Counted from the first letter of the stretch, positions 49,408-59,523 are shown. The stretch is 64,000 nt of DNA from Candidatus Calditenuis fumarioli (GCA_030059665.1 JANVYR010000001.1:512001-576000), one strand, 5' to 3'. Notes: generated by a model not told the origin, from the letters alone. Translations and numbers: made by a program.

Positions 49408-50325
49408 TCAGCTCCTCATTTCTAAGCCGTCGGTGGTTTTGATCTGCACGAGGACCTCCTCGATGCCCTTCTTCAGACGATCCAGCTCGTCCCCCGTAAG
49501 CTGCCTGACGGGTTCCGGAGGCGGCCCGAGGTCAATGCCCCTGATCCTGAGCGCGGACCGCTGGGTCTCGAACTCAACGCCCAATCCCTCCAATAGCGAT
49601 GAGGCCCTGTTCACGAGCCGTTGGTACCTGAACCCCTCCTCGATCCTCCCCTCCCTGATCGACCGGTACACTCCCACCACGACCTCCGGGAAGACGCCCG
49701 CGACGCCGCTGACGGTGGCGTTGGCGCCGATCAGGAATCCGTAAGCGATGAGTTCGTCGCTGCCGATCGCGATGAAACGCTTGTCCCTGAACTCGGAAAC
49801 GAGCTCAAGCGCGAGAGCAGGATCTCCGCTGCTGTCCTTGATGCCCTTCACGTTACCCAGCTCTCCCAGAACCCTCGAGATGATCCTGAAGCTGAGGCTG
49901 TAACCCTGCCTCGACGGGATGTTGTACAGGACCACCGGGATCGATGACGTCTCCGAGAGCTCGGCGTAGAACCTGAAGAGCGTCTCCTCGTCGGGCCTGT
50001 AGTAAAACGGGGCCACCGCGGCAGCCGCGGTAGCGCCTATGTCGTTCGCGTGCCTGAGAAGCTCCTTCACCGTCTCCATATCCGATGCGCCGACGTGAAC
50101 GATCGCCACCTCGCCCGTCTCCAGGTTGCCGACGAACTTCTCGGCGACGCGCTTCCTGTGCTCGACCCCGTGCCTCGGCCCCTCTCCCCAGGTACCCAGG
50201 ACGTAGTAGCCCCTGACTCCTCTACCTCTCAAGAACTCCATGTACGACGGTATCGCGTTCTCGTGGCCTCTGGAAGGCGTGATCGTCGACGCGATTACCC
50301 CCTCGAACCTGATCAGGTCTGCCAT
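49408..50325 (-). CDS. DHDPS/NAL family class I aldolase
   Basis: GTWGE, APFYY, YNIP, GIKDS (Schiff-base Lys). Confidence 0.88.
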   Translation of the reverse strand: MADLIRFEGVIASTITPSRGHENAIPSYMEFLRGRGVRGYYVLGTWGEGPRHGVEHRKRVAEKFVGNLETGEVAIVHVGASDMETVKELLRHANDIGATAAAAVAPFYYRPDEETLFRFYAELSETSSIPVVLYNIPSRQGYSLSFRIISRVLGELGNVKGIKDSSGDPALALELVSEFRDKRFIAIGSDELIAYGFLIGANATVSGVAGVFPEVVVGVYRSIREGRIEEGFRYQRLVNRASSLLEGLGVEFETQRSALRIRGIDLGPPPEPVRQLTGDELDRLKKGIEEVLVQIKTTDGLEMRS

Positions 50326-50438
50326 CGGAGCTGCAGCAGTTCACCTTAGGTTATCCTTTTCCCTCTTCGTGCAGAACTTCGGCGTGAGCCGAACGCTAAG
50401 GGCGTCGGAAGGCCCTTTCTAAGGGACCGGAGTTCCAG

Positions 50439-51038
50439 GTGGCACGGCCAGTACGGCATCGACATATCCGATATATACAACGTCGTTCTCCCGAGGAGGA
50501 GGACTGTGCGGAGCGAGGGAAGGTGGGCCGGTTGGCGACGCAGAGGGAGCGGTTAGAGCTGATGAGGCAGGGCATCATCAGGGGTGCGATAATCCCCAAG
50601 CTCGAGGCGGACGGCTTCATGGTCTCCAGCTGGAAGCGGCCCGTATCGTTGGAGGACATGGAGCTCCGGGAGGACGGGTGGGTTCCTTACTACACCCAAT
50701 ACACGACGTGGGAGACGTACAAGAGGGAGGAGCCTTTACACCTCTTCTTCAACACCTTCTACGGCGACGTCTACGAGAGAGCGTACAGGCACTGCTTCGT
50801 GGAGTACCTCCTCCCCATCAAGTCTTCCAGGATACCGATGGCGCTCGTGGGGACCTTCAGCCGCCTCAACCTCAAAGACGGTGGCCACATCTGGAAGCAC
50901 AGGATCATGGTGGACATCTCAGACCCTGACGTCGCGATCACCGAGATCGAGAAGGTCTACGACGAGCTCCTTCTGGCGCTGATCGAGGCCGGCCTGGTCA
51001 AGGTCGTCGAGGACAAGGAGAGGAAAGGCGGTAGGTGA
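50439..51038 (+). CDS. Hypothetical protein (true start probably 50532-50562)
   Basis: Core-like codon usage from about 50562; no recognisable family. Confidence 0.6.
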   Translation: MARPVRHRHIRYIQRRSPEEEDCAERGKVGRLATQRERLELMRQGIIRGAIIPKLEADGFMVSSWKRPVSLEDMELREDGWVPYYTQYTTWETYKREEPLHLFFNTFYGDVYERAYRHCFVEYLLPIKSSRIPMALVGTFSRLNLKDGGHIWKHRIMVDISDPDVAITEIEKVYDELLLALIEAGLVKVVEDKERKGGR

Positions 51039-51112
51039 TCGGGAAGCGTCGGTCTTCGATGCACCAGCGATTGGAGGGATAAAACGAAGAAGGTTTTTGG
51101 TGATACGCCAGC

Positions 51113-51295
51113 TCAGACTCTGCGTATCGCCGCCTCTATCTTCGACCTGATCTCGGATGGGATCTCGGTGAGATTGTGGGCACGCCTTGCGTGGACCGCG
51201 ATCATCTCAAGGGCCTCCTCCTTGCTTCCGGCGCCCCTGATCTCGAATCCGCAGTCCATCCCGACGTCCTTGCACCTGAACTCGTAGCGAGGCAT
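51113..51295 (-). CDS. DUF1059 small metal-binding protein
   Basis: FRCKDVGMDCGF...HARRAH. Confidence 0.85.
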   Translation of the reverse strand: MPRYEFRCKDVGMDCGFEIRGAGSKEEALEMIAVHARRAHNLTEIPSEIRSKIEAAIRRV

Positions 51296-51576
51296 CTCGC
51301 ATCGAGTTGTGCGTCCCTCACCGACAAGCTTTCCGGGATGACCTGATGTGGAGTGTGGTGGCCCGACGGTTCGCGGTCGAGCACCGCTCGCAAACCGAGC
51401 TTCAGGCGGTCAAGAGGGCCCTCATGAGTCCCAGCCGGACCACGTTAGATGCGGCTACTTCTACATGGTGTGATGCGTTCGTGGGATGGTCTCTCTGAGG
51501 TCTCGCGTTCCAGCCGATGGTTCTCCGCAAAACTAAACGATATGTGTTGGATGGGTGGAGCAAAATCCGGTCAGCC

Positions 51577-52293
51577 ATGTCAGCGAGGCGCGCGACGGCC
51601 TACGAGACGGTGACGGCCGCGGTGGACGTGATCAGGTACCTCAAGGAGCGGTACAACTACAGGAAGCTCTCGTCGCTGTTGAAGATACCGCAATCAACGC
51701 TCACGCGCTACGTCAGGGGCGAGACGGTTCCGAGGCTGAGCCACGCGCGTAGGATACTGGAGTGGGGACAGAGGTACCTGAGACCAGAAGACCTAGTTAG
51801 GGAGTTCGTGAACGGAGAGGACCTCGACGGTTTCGCGAGGATCGTGACGGAGCCATCTGTGGTCAGGATGCTGGCGGGGAGCGCGATCGAGGCCTTCACC
51901 GGCAGGAGGATTCTAGGGGTGCTGAGCATCGACCACCTGGCGCTGCCCATAGCGACGGCCTTCGCGCTGCTCACCGGCACCAAGCTGTTCCAGCTCTCGG
52001 AGGGGCCACAGTGGGGCCGTGAAAGGTCGTTCCCCATATTTTACCGGCATGAGGGTGAACCGTCGCCGAAATGCCTCTGGTGCCCCACATCGGTCAGCGA
52101 GGCCGGTGATGGGATGCTTCTGATGACGCTCGCCGTCACCCACCACGCCCCACTCTCGGAGGTCATTAAGGCGTTAGAGGAGAGGAAGGTCCGCGTATCG
52201 GGGATATACACGCTGGTGGCCAAGAGGAGGGTCTGGAACGAACTGAGGGTCCCTGTGGCGTGCAAGAAGCACGCGGTCCTTCTCCTCTCGTGA
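51577..52293 (+). CDS. HTH plus phosphoribosyltransferase-like domain regulator (PurR-like architecture)
   Basis: YRKLSSLLKIPQSTLTRYVRGETVP HTH, then a PRTase-like fold with a degenerate PRPP motif. Confidence 0.75.
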   Translation: MSARRATAYETVTAAVDVIRYLKERYNYRKLSSLLKIPQSTLTRYVRGETVPRLSHARRILEWGQRYLRPEDLVREFVNGEDLDGFARIVTEPSVVRMLAGSAIEAFTGRRILGVLSIDHLALPIATAFALLTGTKLFQLSEGPQWGRERSFPIFYRHEGEPSPKCLWCPTSVSEAGDGMLLMTLAVTHHAPLSEVIKALEERKVRVSGIYTLVAKRRVWNELRVPVACKKHAVLLLS

Positions 52294-52296
52294 GCT

Positions 52297-52626
52297 TCAC
52301 GTGTACTCGCGCCATGTGTGACCGCACTTGGTGCACCTGAAGAACTGCGTCATCGGTTCGTCTGCGGACCTCGTCTGGACAGTCCACCAGTAGGCTTCCC
52401 GGTTGCCGCACTGTGGGCAGACCACGTCGGTCGTCTTCGGATGGATCGAGGCCTCGTCGCTCTCGTCCACCACGATGGCCTTCCTCCTCTGGGCCCTGAC
52501 CCTTCCGAGGTTGACTGTGACCGATCCCGAAGCCTTCTTGTAACCGCACTTCCTGCAGACCAGCACGACGCCCGATGAGGTCCGTGTCGAGGTCATGAAG
52601 CCGCCGCACTTCGGACAGAACTCCAT
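52297..52626 (-). CDS. tfs: Transcription elongation factor TFS
   Basis: MEFCPKCG...CRKCG and CPQCG...QTRSADEP-x-T-x-FFRC-x-x-C. Confidence 0.96.
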   Translation of the reverse strand: MEFCPKCGGFMTSTRTSSGVVLVCRKCGYKKASGSVTVNLGRVRAQRRKAIVVDESDEASIHPKTTDVVCPQCGNREAYWWTVQTRSADEPMTQFFRCTKCGHTWREYT

Positions 52627-52692
52627 CCTCTCCCGGCACGACATCGCAGCTATGTATATGTTAGCTGTTCGTATGGGTCCGGGGGTGATCGA

Positions 52693-53682
52693 TTGGAGAG
52701 GGTGAGGGTCGCCGTTATCGGCGCAGGGTTCTGGGGGAGGAACCACGTCAGGGTGCTGACCGAGCTCGATGGGTGTGAGGTGGTTGCGGTCTGCGACATC
52801 GACCTCGACAGGGCCAAAAGGGTCGCACAGGCTTTCGGTGTTCCGAGGTACACCGCAGACTACAGGGAGCTCTGCGAGGACGACTCCGTGGACGCGGTCA
52901 CCGTCTGCACCCCATCCACCACCCACGCCAGGATGGCCGTCGACTTCGTCTCGTCGGGGAAGGACGTGCTGGTGGAGAAGCCGATGGCCTCGAACCTGGA
53001 GGAGGCGCTGTGGATGGCCGACGAGATCAGGTCGTCCGGAAGGTCCGTGATGGTCGGGTTCATCGAGCGCTTCAACCCGGCGGTGCAGAAGGCGGTCGAG
53101 ATGCTGCGCCAGCGGAGGATCGGTGACCCCATCCTGATCTACGGCAGGAGGATAGGGCCGTGGCCCGAACGGATAGGAGACGTCGGGGTGATCCACGACA
53201 CCGCCATCCACGACATCGACCTCTCGGTGCACCTGTTCGGCGGCCTTCCGAGGTCGGTCTTCGCCGTCGGAGGCTCGGTCATACACACGAAGGAGGATCA
53301 CGTCCAGTCGACGCTCGACTTCGGAGGGGGAAGGTCTGCGATGATCGAGGCCAACTGGCTCACCCCCAGGAAGAAAAGGGAGATGTTCGTGACGGGGACC
53401 GAGGGGGTGCTGAGCATCGAGTTCCTCAGGAGGGAGGTGGTGCTCGAGAAGGCCGATGGCTCCTACTCTCCCGTGGTGGAGCAGCGTGAACCCCTGAAAG
53501 TGGAGCTCGAGAACTTCGTCAGGTCGATAGCTACCGGGAGCCCTCCCTCACCGGATTACCGGGACGGCCTGATCTCGACGGCGATCGCCGAGGCAATCCT
53601 CCTCTCGATCAGAAGAGGGAGGACCGTTCACCTCGACGAGCTGGTCAGCCTCCGGGAGCTGGGGGTCGATGTAAGGGATTAG
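52693..53682 (+). CDS. Gfo/Idh/MocA family oxidoreductase
   Basis: VIGAGFWG, VLVEKP, GFIERFNPA, DTAIHDID. Confidence 0.92.
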   Translation: MERVRVAVIGAGFWGRNHVRVLTELDGCEVVAVCDIDLDRAKRVAQAFGVPRYTADYRELCEDDSVDAVTVCTPSTTHARMAVDFVSSGKDVLVEKPMASNLEEALWMADEIRSSGRSVMVGFIERFNPAVQKAVEMLRQRRIGDPILIYGRRIGPWPERIGDVGVIHDTAIHDIDLSVHLFGGLPRSVFAVGGSVIHTKEDHVQSTLDFGGGRSAMIEANWLTPRKKREMFVTGTEGVLSIEFLRREVVLEKADGSYSPVVEQREPLKVELENFVRSIATGSPPSPDYRDGLISTAIAEAILLSIRRGRTVHLDELVSLRELGVDVRD

Positions 53683-53743
53683 ACGGGTCGCTGCCTGGGT
53701 CGTCGCGAACAACCCTATGTTTCGGTTTTGGGGCTGATGGCCG

Positions 53744-54358
53744 ATGGACCTCGACGTCAGGACGGTGACTGTCGGTCCGCTCATGACCAACTGCTACGTG
53801 CTCGTCTCCGCGGGGGAGGCGCTCGTCGTCGATCCTGGATGGGAGGTGGAGAAGATCCTGGCCGAGCTGTCGGGGCTGAGGGTCGTCGGGATAGTGGCGA
53901 CGCACGCCCACTTCGACCACGTAGGAGCTGTGGAGGAGCTCAAGGAGAGGTTAGGCGTTGAGTTCCTCATGCACAGGGCTGACGTTCCGCTGCTGGATTA
54001 CGTGGAGGAGTTCGCTTCTCGTTTCGGACTGAGGGTCAGGAGGCCCAAGCCGGACAGGTTCGTCGAGGACGGTGATGAGCTGCGGGTGGGTGATGTGAAG
54101 CTCAGGGTGCTGCACACTCCGGGTCACTCGCCGGGGAGCATCTGTCTCCACCACGATCTTGTGCTGCTCTCCGGTGACACGCTCTTCAACGGATCGGTGG
54201 GCAGGACCGACTTCGTTGGAGGCAGCTTCGAGCAGCTGGAGCTTTCGATCAAAACCAAGATCTACACGCTCGACGACGCCACGATAGTGTACCCAGGTCA
54301 CGGACCGATAACGACCGTCGGGACGGAGAAGGCGTTCAACCCGTTTGTCAGGCCATGA
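53744..54358 (+). CDS. MBL-fold hydrolase (glyoxalase II/YcbL-like)
   Basis: NCY, THAHFDHVG, TPGHSPG, SGDTLF, GRTD, YPGHG. Confidence 0.92.
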   Translation: MDLDVRTVTVGPLMTNCYVLVSAGEALVVDPGWEVEKILAELSGLRVVGIVATHAHFDHVGAVEELKERLGVEFLMHRADVPLLDYVEEFASRFGLRVRRPKPDRFVEDGDELRVGDVKLRVLHTPGHSPGSICLHHDLVLLSGDTLFNGSVGRTDFVGGSFEQLELSIKTKIYTLDDATIVYPGHGPITTVGTEKAFNPFVRP

Positions 54359-55059
54359 CCCCGGATGCCTGGGCCGATCTCGTGGAGCGGATCGTTTCCT
54401 GTGAGAGGTGTCCGAGGCTCGTAGAGCACAGGAGGAGGGTTGCCGAGAACCCGCCGAAGAGGTACAGGGGCCAGCAGTACTGGGCCAGACCACTTCCGGG
54501 CTTCGGGGATAGGAACGCGAGGATCCTCGTGGTGGGACTTGCGCCGGCGGCCCACGGAGGCAACAGGACCGGCAGGATGTTCACAGGCGACTCGTCGGCC
54601 GACTTCCTGATGAGGACGCTCCACTCCCTGGGGTTGGCCAGCATGCCGAGGTCGGTGAGCAGGGACGACGGCCTTCAGCTCTGGGACGTCTTCCTAACCG
54701 CGCCGGTGAGATGCGTACCTCCCGAGAACAGGCCGACGCGCGAGGAACTCGAGAACTGCTACCCGTTTCTGAGGGAGGAGTTTGCGCTGCTGGGGAACGT
54801 GAGGGTGATAGTGGCGCTCGGAGCGATAGGGTTCTCGGCTGTGAGGCGTCTGCTGGCAGACGAAGGTTTCTCGCCGGTGGGAAAGAGGACTCCCAAGTTC
54901 TCTCACGGGGCCCACTACGAGTTCAGGAACCGGGAGGGCAGGAGAATTCACCTCCTGGCGTCCTATCACCCGTCGAGGCAGAACACCAACACCGGGAGGC
55001 TCACCGAGGCGATGTTCAGGAGGGTCTTCCGCAGGGCGATTGAGCTGGCCAGGTCCTGA
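54355..55059 (+). CDS. udgB: Family 5 uracil-DNA glycosylase
   Basis: CERCPRL, GLAPAAHGGNRTGRMFTGD, RCVPP, YHPSRQNTNTG. Confidence 0.92.
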   Translation: MTPDAWADLVERIVSCERCPRLVEHRRRVAENPPKRYRGQQYWARPLPGFGDRNARILVVGLAPAAHGGNRTGRMFTGDSSADFLMRTLHSLGLASMPRSVSRDDGLQLWDVFLTAPVRCVPPENRPTREELENCYPFLREEFALLGNVRVIVALGAIGFSAVRRLLADEGFSPVGKRTPKFSHGAHYEFRNREGRRIHLLASYHPSRQNTNTGRLTEAMFRRVFRRAIELARS

Positions 55060-55073
55060 TGCCCCCGTAACAG

Positions 55074-56114
55074 TCACCCCTGCTCTATCCTGATGAGGTC
55101 CGAACTCTCCCGGACGAACCTGTTGATCCCCGTCTGGGCGATCAGCCTGCAGTTGTCCAAAATCTCCACGAGGTTCGTCAGCATCAGCCGGTACGAGAGC
55201 GACTTCTGGACGTCCCTCACCGACTCCAGCACGGTTGACTCTAGCGCGTTTATGCGGTCCAGCAGCTCCGGCACCTTATCGAGGGCCTGATTCAGCAGCT
55301 TGATGTCCGAGACGAGGTAGCCGTTGAGGGACATCCCGAAGACGTTCGAGACCTCCGAGGCCAGCTCCTTCAGATGCTCTACCAGCTGCCTCCCCTCCCT
55401 TCCCCTCGACTGGCCCAGCTTCACCACCTCCCTCGAGACCTGAAGCGCGTGGTCAGCCGTCTCCTCGACCGCGGCAAGCACGACCCTGAGACCCGTGAGC
55501 GCCAACGGCGAGTCGAGCCCGACCTCCTTCAGCAGCGACCTCTCGCGTGCTGTGGTGAGGAGCTGCCTCAAAGCCAAGAAGTAGTAGGAGTCGATCTTCT
55601 GCTCAGCCCTAGAGACCTCTGCTGCCTTCTCGGACATGTTGTGGATCAGCGCGTCGACGGAGGACTCGATCATCCATGCTATGAGCTCCTGCATCCTCCT
55701 CAGCAACTCGACCACCGTGTACCTCCTCGAGTCGATGAGGACCTTCATCACCACCTCGTAGTCGTCCTGCCTCACGACCTCCAGACCCGGCAGCCTCTCG
55801 ATGGTCCCGAGTATCCAGTCCAGCTTCTGAGCCGCGAGCCCCGTCTTCGACTCGATGACGATCTCGTCATAGCCCTGGAGGTAGCACGCCGTGACGATCC
55901 TCTCGAGGACCTCTCCCCTCTCGATGGCGTCCCCGTTCACGACGGCCCTTAGCGTCCTCGTCTCCCTCGGGGCCAACCGTATGAAGAGGCCCTCGTCCAG
56001 CTGCTCGACGTACACCGAGTCGCCCGGCTTGAGGCCCCTCTCCAGCGCCCACTTCCTCGGCAGCGACACCACCAGCGTCGTCGTACCCAATTTCTGGAGC
56101 CTCCTGATCTCCAA
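55074..56114 (-). CDS. phoU: Archaeal PhoU-family regulator with an AbrB-like N-terminus
   Basis: RRLQKLG-x-x-TLVVSLPRKW, YLQGYD, EQKIDSYY, EETADHA. Confidence 0.88.
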   Translation of the reverse strand: MEIRRLQKLGTTTLVVSLPRKWALERGLKPGDSVYVEQLDEGLFIRLAPRETRTLRAVVNGDAIERGEVLERIVTACYLQGYDEIVIESKTGLAAQKLDWILGTIERLPGLEVVRQDDYEVVMKVLIDSRRYTVVELLRRMQELIAWMIESSVDALIHNMSEKAAEVSRAEQKIDSYYFLALRQLLTTARERSLLKEVGLDSPLALTGLRVVLAAVEETADHALQVSREVVKLGQSRGREGRQLVEHLKELASEVSNVFGMSLNGYLVSDIKLLNQALDKVPELLDRINALESTVLESVRDVQKSLSYRLMLTNLVEILDNCRLIAQTGINRFVRESSDLIRIEQG

Positions 56115-56339
56115 CCCCGTCCCAGTATATGCGTGAATATACCATATTTGACTGTTGCGCGAACACGGTCCATGCCAATTCGTTGGCTATTAAGGACCTC
56201 ATGAGGACGACGTGAAGGCACCCCACTTCTCAGCTTGCGGGGCTGAGCGCTGAACGGGCTGCTGCAACTCGCTGCGGAGGGCTCGACCGTCAAGCCCGGA
56301 GCACGCACATTTTTTATTTCTACTGAAGTTGGGTGGAGC

Positions 56340-57242
56340 GTGAGCCCGCAGGAGGGGAGGGAGCCCCTGGTTTACATCAACGGCGAGCTGTATCCCAAAT
56401 CTGAGGCGAAGGTCTCGGTCTTCGACCACGGCCTCCTCTACGGAGACGGTGTCTTCGAGGGCATAAGGGTCTACAACGGCGTGATCTTCAAGCTCCGGGA
56501 GCACGTGGACCGGCTGTACAGGTCCGCGAAGGTCCTGAGGCTGAGCATCCCGATGGACAGGGAGCAGATGGTGCAGGAGGTCGTGCGGACGGTGAGGGCC
56601 AACGGCTTCAGGGACGCCTACATCAGGCTGATCGTCACGAGGGGTGTCGGTGACCTGGGACTGGACCCGAGGAAGTGCGGAAGGCCGAACGTCATCATCA
56701 TCGTGGAGCACCTCGAGCCGATCCTCGGTTCTGGTGTCAGGGAGAAGGGGATCACGGTCATCTTCAGCTCGACGAGGAGGGACCCGGTCCAGTCGACGAG
56801 CCACGAGGTCAAGTCCCTCAACTACCTGAACTCGATACTCGCGAAGATAGAGGCGATCGAGGCGGGTGCGGACGACGCGATAATGCTCGACAGCAGGGGC
56901 TTCGTTGCGGAGGCCACGGGCGCCAACGTCTTCATCGTCAGGAACGGGACGCTGATCACACCACCGGTCACCACTGGAATACTGCCGGGGATAACGAGGG
57001 CGGTCGTGATCGAGATCGCAGGGAAGCTGGGCATACCGGTTCAGGAGCGGGACATCACGCCAGTCGAGTTCATGACCGCGGACGAGGCCTTCGTGACCGG
57101 GACGGGTGCGGAGCTCGTGCCGATAGGATACGTTGGCAAGGTCCCGATAGGAGACGGTAGGCCGGGGCCGATCTTCAGGCGCATCCTCGAGGAGTTCAAT
57201 AGGTACAAGGTCGATCCGAGGAACGGCGTGCCAGCCTTCTGA
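56340..57242 (+). CDS. ilvE: Branched-chain amino acid aminotransferase
   Basis: DHGLLYGDGVFEG, DAYIR, KSLNYLN, EATGAN, ILPGITR, ADEAF-x-TGT. Confidence 0.95.
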   Translation: MSPQEGREPLVYINGELYPKSEAKVSVFDHGLLYGDGVFEGIRVYNGVIFKLREHVDRLYRSAKVLRLSIPMDREQMVQEVVRTVRANGFRDAYIRLIVTRGVGDLGLDPRKCGRPNVIIIVEHLEPILGSGVREKGITVIFSSTRRDPVQSTSHEVKSLNYLNSILAKIEAIEAGADDAIMLDSRGFVAEATGANVFIVRNGTLITPPVTTGILPGITRAVVIEIAGKLGIPVQERDITPVEFMTADEAFVTGTGAELVPIGYVGKVPIGDGRPGPIFRRILEEFNRYKVDPRNGVPAF

Positions 57243-57351
57243 CGCGCGGAACCCGGAACCGCACGGTCATTGCGATTTTCGCGATGTGAGGGTGACGCGA
57301 CGCGATTCGGGAGTCGGATTCAGATCTCACCGAAACGAGGGGCCCTTGGCG

Positions 57352-58803
57352 TCACTTCAGAAAGCCCCAGGCGACCAGCACGTTCTGGACTGCACCGACG
57401 TAGATCCCGAAGGTGACGAGGAGCGCCAACAGCACAACCATCGGAGCCATCATCGAGATGGGAGCGTCGTGAGCGTGCCTGTGCTCCCCCACCTGGAAGA
57501 CGTACATGAAGGTCCTGGTGTAGTAGCCGAGCGTGATGGCGGTGGTTAGGATCGCTATCGAGGTGAGCAGCCAGAGCCCGGCCTGGAAGCCTCCGAGGAA
57601 GATCACCAGCTCGCTGAAGAAGCCCGCGAGGGGAGGAGTACCGGCGATGGAGAGACCTCCGGCGAGGAAGGCAACGGCGGTGAAGGGCATGCTCGACATG
57701 AGACCGCCGAGCTTCCGGATGTCACGCTCCCCGACGGAGTGGATGATCACGCCTGCGGTCATGAAGAGCAGGGACTTCGCGAGTCCGTGCGTCACCACCT
57801 GGAGGAGCCCTCCCATGACGCCGACGGGTGCGAGGAGCGAGAGGCCGAAGGAGATGTACCCGATCTGGCTCACGGAGCTGTAGGCGAGGACCCTCTTGAT
57901 GTCCGTCTGGACGAGTGCCATGGCTCCTCCCCAGATCATGGTGACGACGGAGAGCAGGGCGATGGCGCTGGCGAAGGGCTTGAAGTGCGGTCCCAGCATC
58001 TCGATCACTATCCTGGCGAAGGCGTAGACGCCGGTCTTGATCATCACGCCGCTCAGGAGGACGCTGATCGGTGTCGGAGCCTCGGCGTGGGCGTCGGGTA
58101 GCCAGGTGTGGACCGGGAAGAGGGCCATCTTCACCGCTGCGCCTGCGAAGATCAGGAGCGAGACGATCTGGAGCTCGGGCCTCGTGTCCAACGGTGCCCT
58201 GCTGAGGAGCGTGGAGAACTCGACGTTACCGTAGAGCACGTTGAGCCATACGATGCCGGTCAGGAGCGCGAGGGCGCCGGCGTGGGTCATGGCGAAGTAC
58301 TTGAAGCCGATAACGCGGGCGTTCCCTGTCCCCCAGTAGGCGATCAGGAAGTAGCTCGGGATCAGCATCAGCTCCCAGAAGATGTAGAACAGGAAGAGGT
58401 TGGTGACGAGGACGACGCCGAGCATCCCTCCCACGAAGAGCAGCAGAAGGGCGTAGTAGGCTTCAAGGCCCCGCTCGCCCTCCATGTACCTCGAGGAGTA
58501 GACGCTGGCGAGGAAGCCGACCAGTGCTATCAGCGTCAGGAAGAGGAGGCTCAGGCCGTCGAGCCTGAAGCCGAGGGAGAGGCCGAGCTGCGGCAGCCAA
58601 GGATATCTCTCCTCGATGACGCGTCCGGAGGCGACCTGGAGGGCGTTCAGCGCGGTGAGCGCCAGGACCACTCCCAGCACCGCGTGGGAGATCAGCTCCG
58701 AGGCCCTGTGGCCAGCGATCCGGCCGAACAGGAACGCGAGCGGCGCGAATCCCACGGGGAGGGCGACCGTCAGCAGCAGAGAGGGCACTTCCAGCTCGAT
58801 CAT
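57352..58803 (-). CDS. nuoM: Complex I membrane subunit M (NuoM-like antiporter module)
   Basis: LDGLS, FYIFWELMLIP, FPVHTWLPDAHAEAP, KRVLAYSS, GTPPLAGF. Confidence 0.85.
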   Translation of the reverse strand: MIELEVPSLLLTVALPVGFAPLAFLFGRIAGHRASELISHAVLGVVLALTALNALQVASGRVIEERYPWLPQLGLSLGFRLDGLSLLFLTLIALVGFLASVYSSRYMEGERGLEAYYALLLLFVGGMLGVVLVTNLFLFYIFWELMLIPSYFLIAYWGTGNARVIGFKYFAMTHAGALALLTGIVWLNVLYGNVEFSTLLSRAPLDTRPELQIVSLLIFAGAAVKMALFPVHTWLPDAHAEAPTPISVLLSGVMIKTGVYAFARIVIEMLGPHFKPFASAIALLSVVTMIWGGAMALVQTDIKRVLAYSSVSQIGYISFGLSLLAPVGVMGGLLQVVTHGLAKSLLFMTAGVIIHSVGERDIRKLGGLMSSMPFTAVAFLAGGLSIAGTPPLAGFFSELVIFLGGFQAGLWLLTSIAILTTAITLGYYTRTFMYVFQVGEHRHAHDAPISMMAPMVVLLALLVTFGIYVGAVQNVLVAWGFLK

Positions 58804-58978
58804 TCAACGATCGGCCCGACTCCGTTTATTTAAATGCGACACGCGACGGATCCGGTCCGCCGGACGACCCGTGAGGACGACTATGGCCAGAGATGCGCGT
58901 CTCTTGGTGTACCGGCAACGCCTTCGCATCAGCATTTGAAATTACTGCAAAAGATGCCAAGTCCGGTCGAGCGAATTA

Positions 58979-58997
58979 TGGTATTCCAGAAATACCA
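58979..58997. promoter_or_regulatory. 7-5-7 inverted repeat upstream of the secreted-protein operon
   Basis: TGGTATT-CCAGA-AATACCA, about 30 nt upstream of a TATA-like TTATAT (59029-59034). Confidence 0.45.
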
Positions 58998-59058
58998 AAA
59001 AACCGTCCCGATCTACGCCAAGCTACGCTTATATTTTGGACGTCTTAGGGGTTGGAGC

Positions 59059-59493
59059 ATGAGAGCGGAAGACAGGAGTCGGATGTTCGCGTTACTGCTG
59101 CTGGCGCTGGCGGCGGTCGTTACGGTGGCATCGGCAGCATTGGCGGTGCAGATATCCCTCGGCAGCTCGGACGTCAACCAGCTGGGCGGTACCGGCCTCG
59201 TAGACGTCACCTGCCCTGCCAACCCCTGCCAGGTGACGAAGGTCAGCTGGGTCCTGACGTCTTCAGCACCATACAAGGTCGATAAGGTGAGCGTCCAGTG
59301 GACGACCGCCAAGTCGTCGGGCGCAAACTACATGGTCTACGTGGTCCTCTACGACAGCTCCAACAACGTCAAATCCAGCGGTTCCGCGACCCAGGCAGCC
59401 GCATCAGGCGCGGTTACGACCCAGGTCGACGTGGCTCCGGACGTGGACCCCAAGGACGTCTACAGGGTCGAGGTAGTGATAGTTGAGCAGTAA
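59059..59493 (+). CDS. Secreted beta-rich pilin/TasA-like protein 1 (candidate major subunit)
   Basis: Signal peptide ending AALA, then VQISLGSSDVNQLGG; CPANPC; VVLYDSSNNVKSSGS. Confidence 0.8.
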   Translation: MRAEDRSRMFALLLLALAAVVTVASAALAVQISLGSSDVNQLGGTGLVDVTCPANPCQVTKVSWVLTSSAPYKVDKVSVQWTTAKSSGANYMVYVVLYDSSNNVKSSGSATQAAASGAVTTQVDVAPDVDPKDVYRVEVVIVEQ

Positions 59494-59523
59494 GCCGCTG
59501 CCACCTATGTTGTCGGTCGCGAC

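Noticed and set aside
52627-53301. Apparent 334-aa N-terminally extended TFS
   Set aside because: The extension is antisense to the Gfo/Idh/MocA gene; TFS starts at MEFCPKC (52626).
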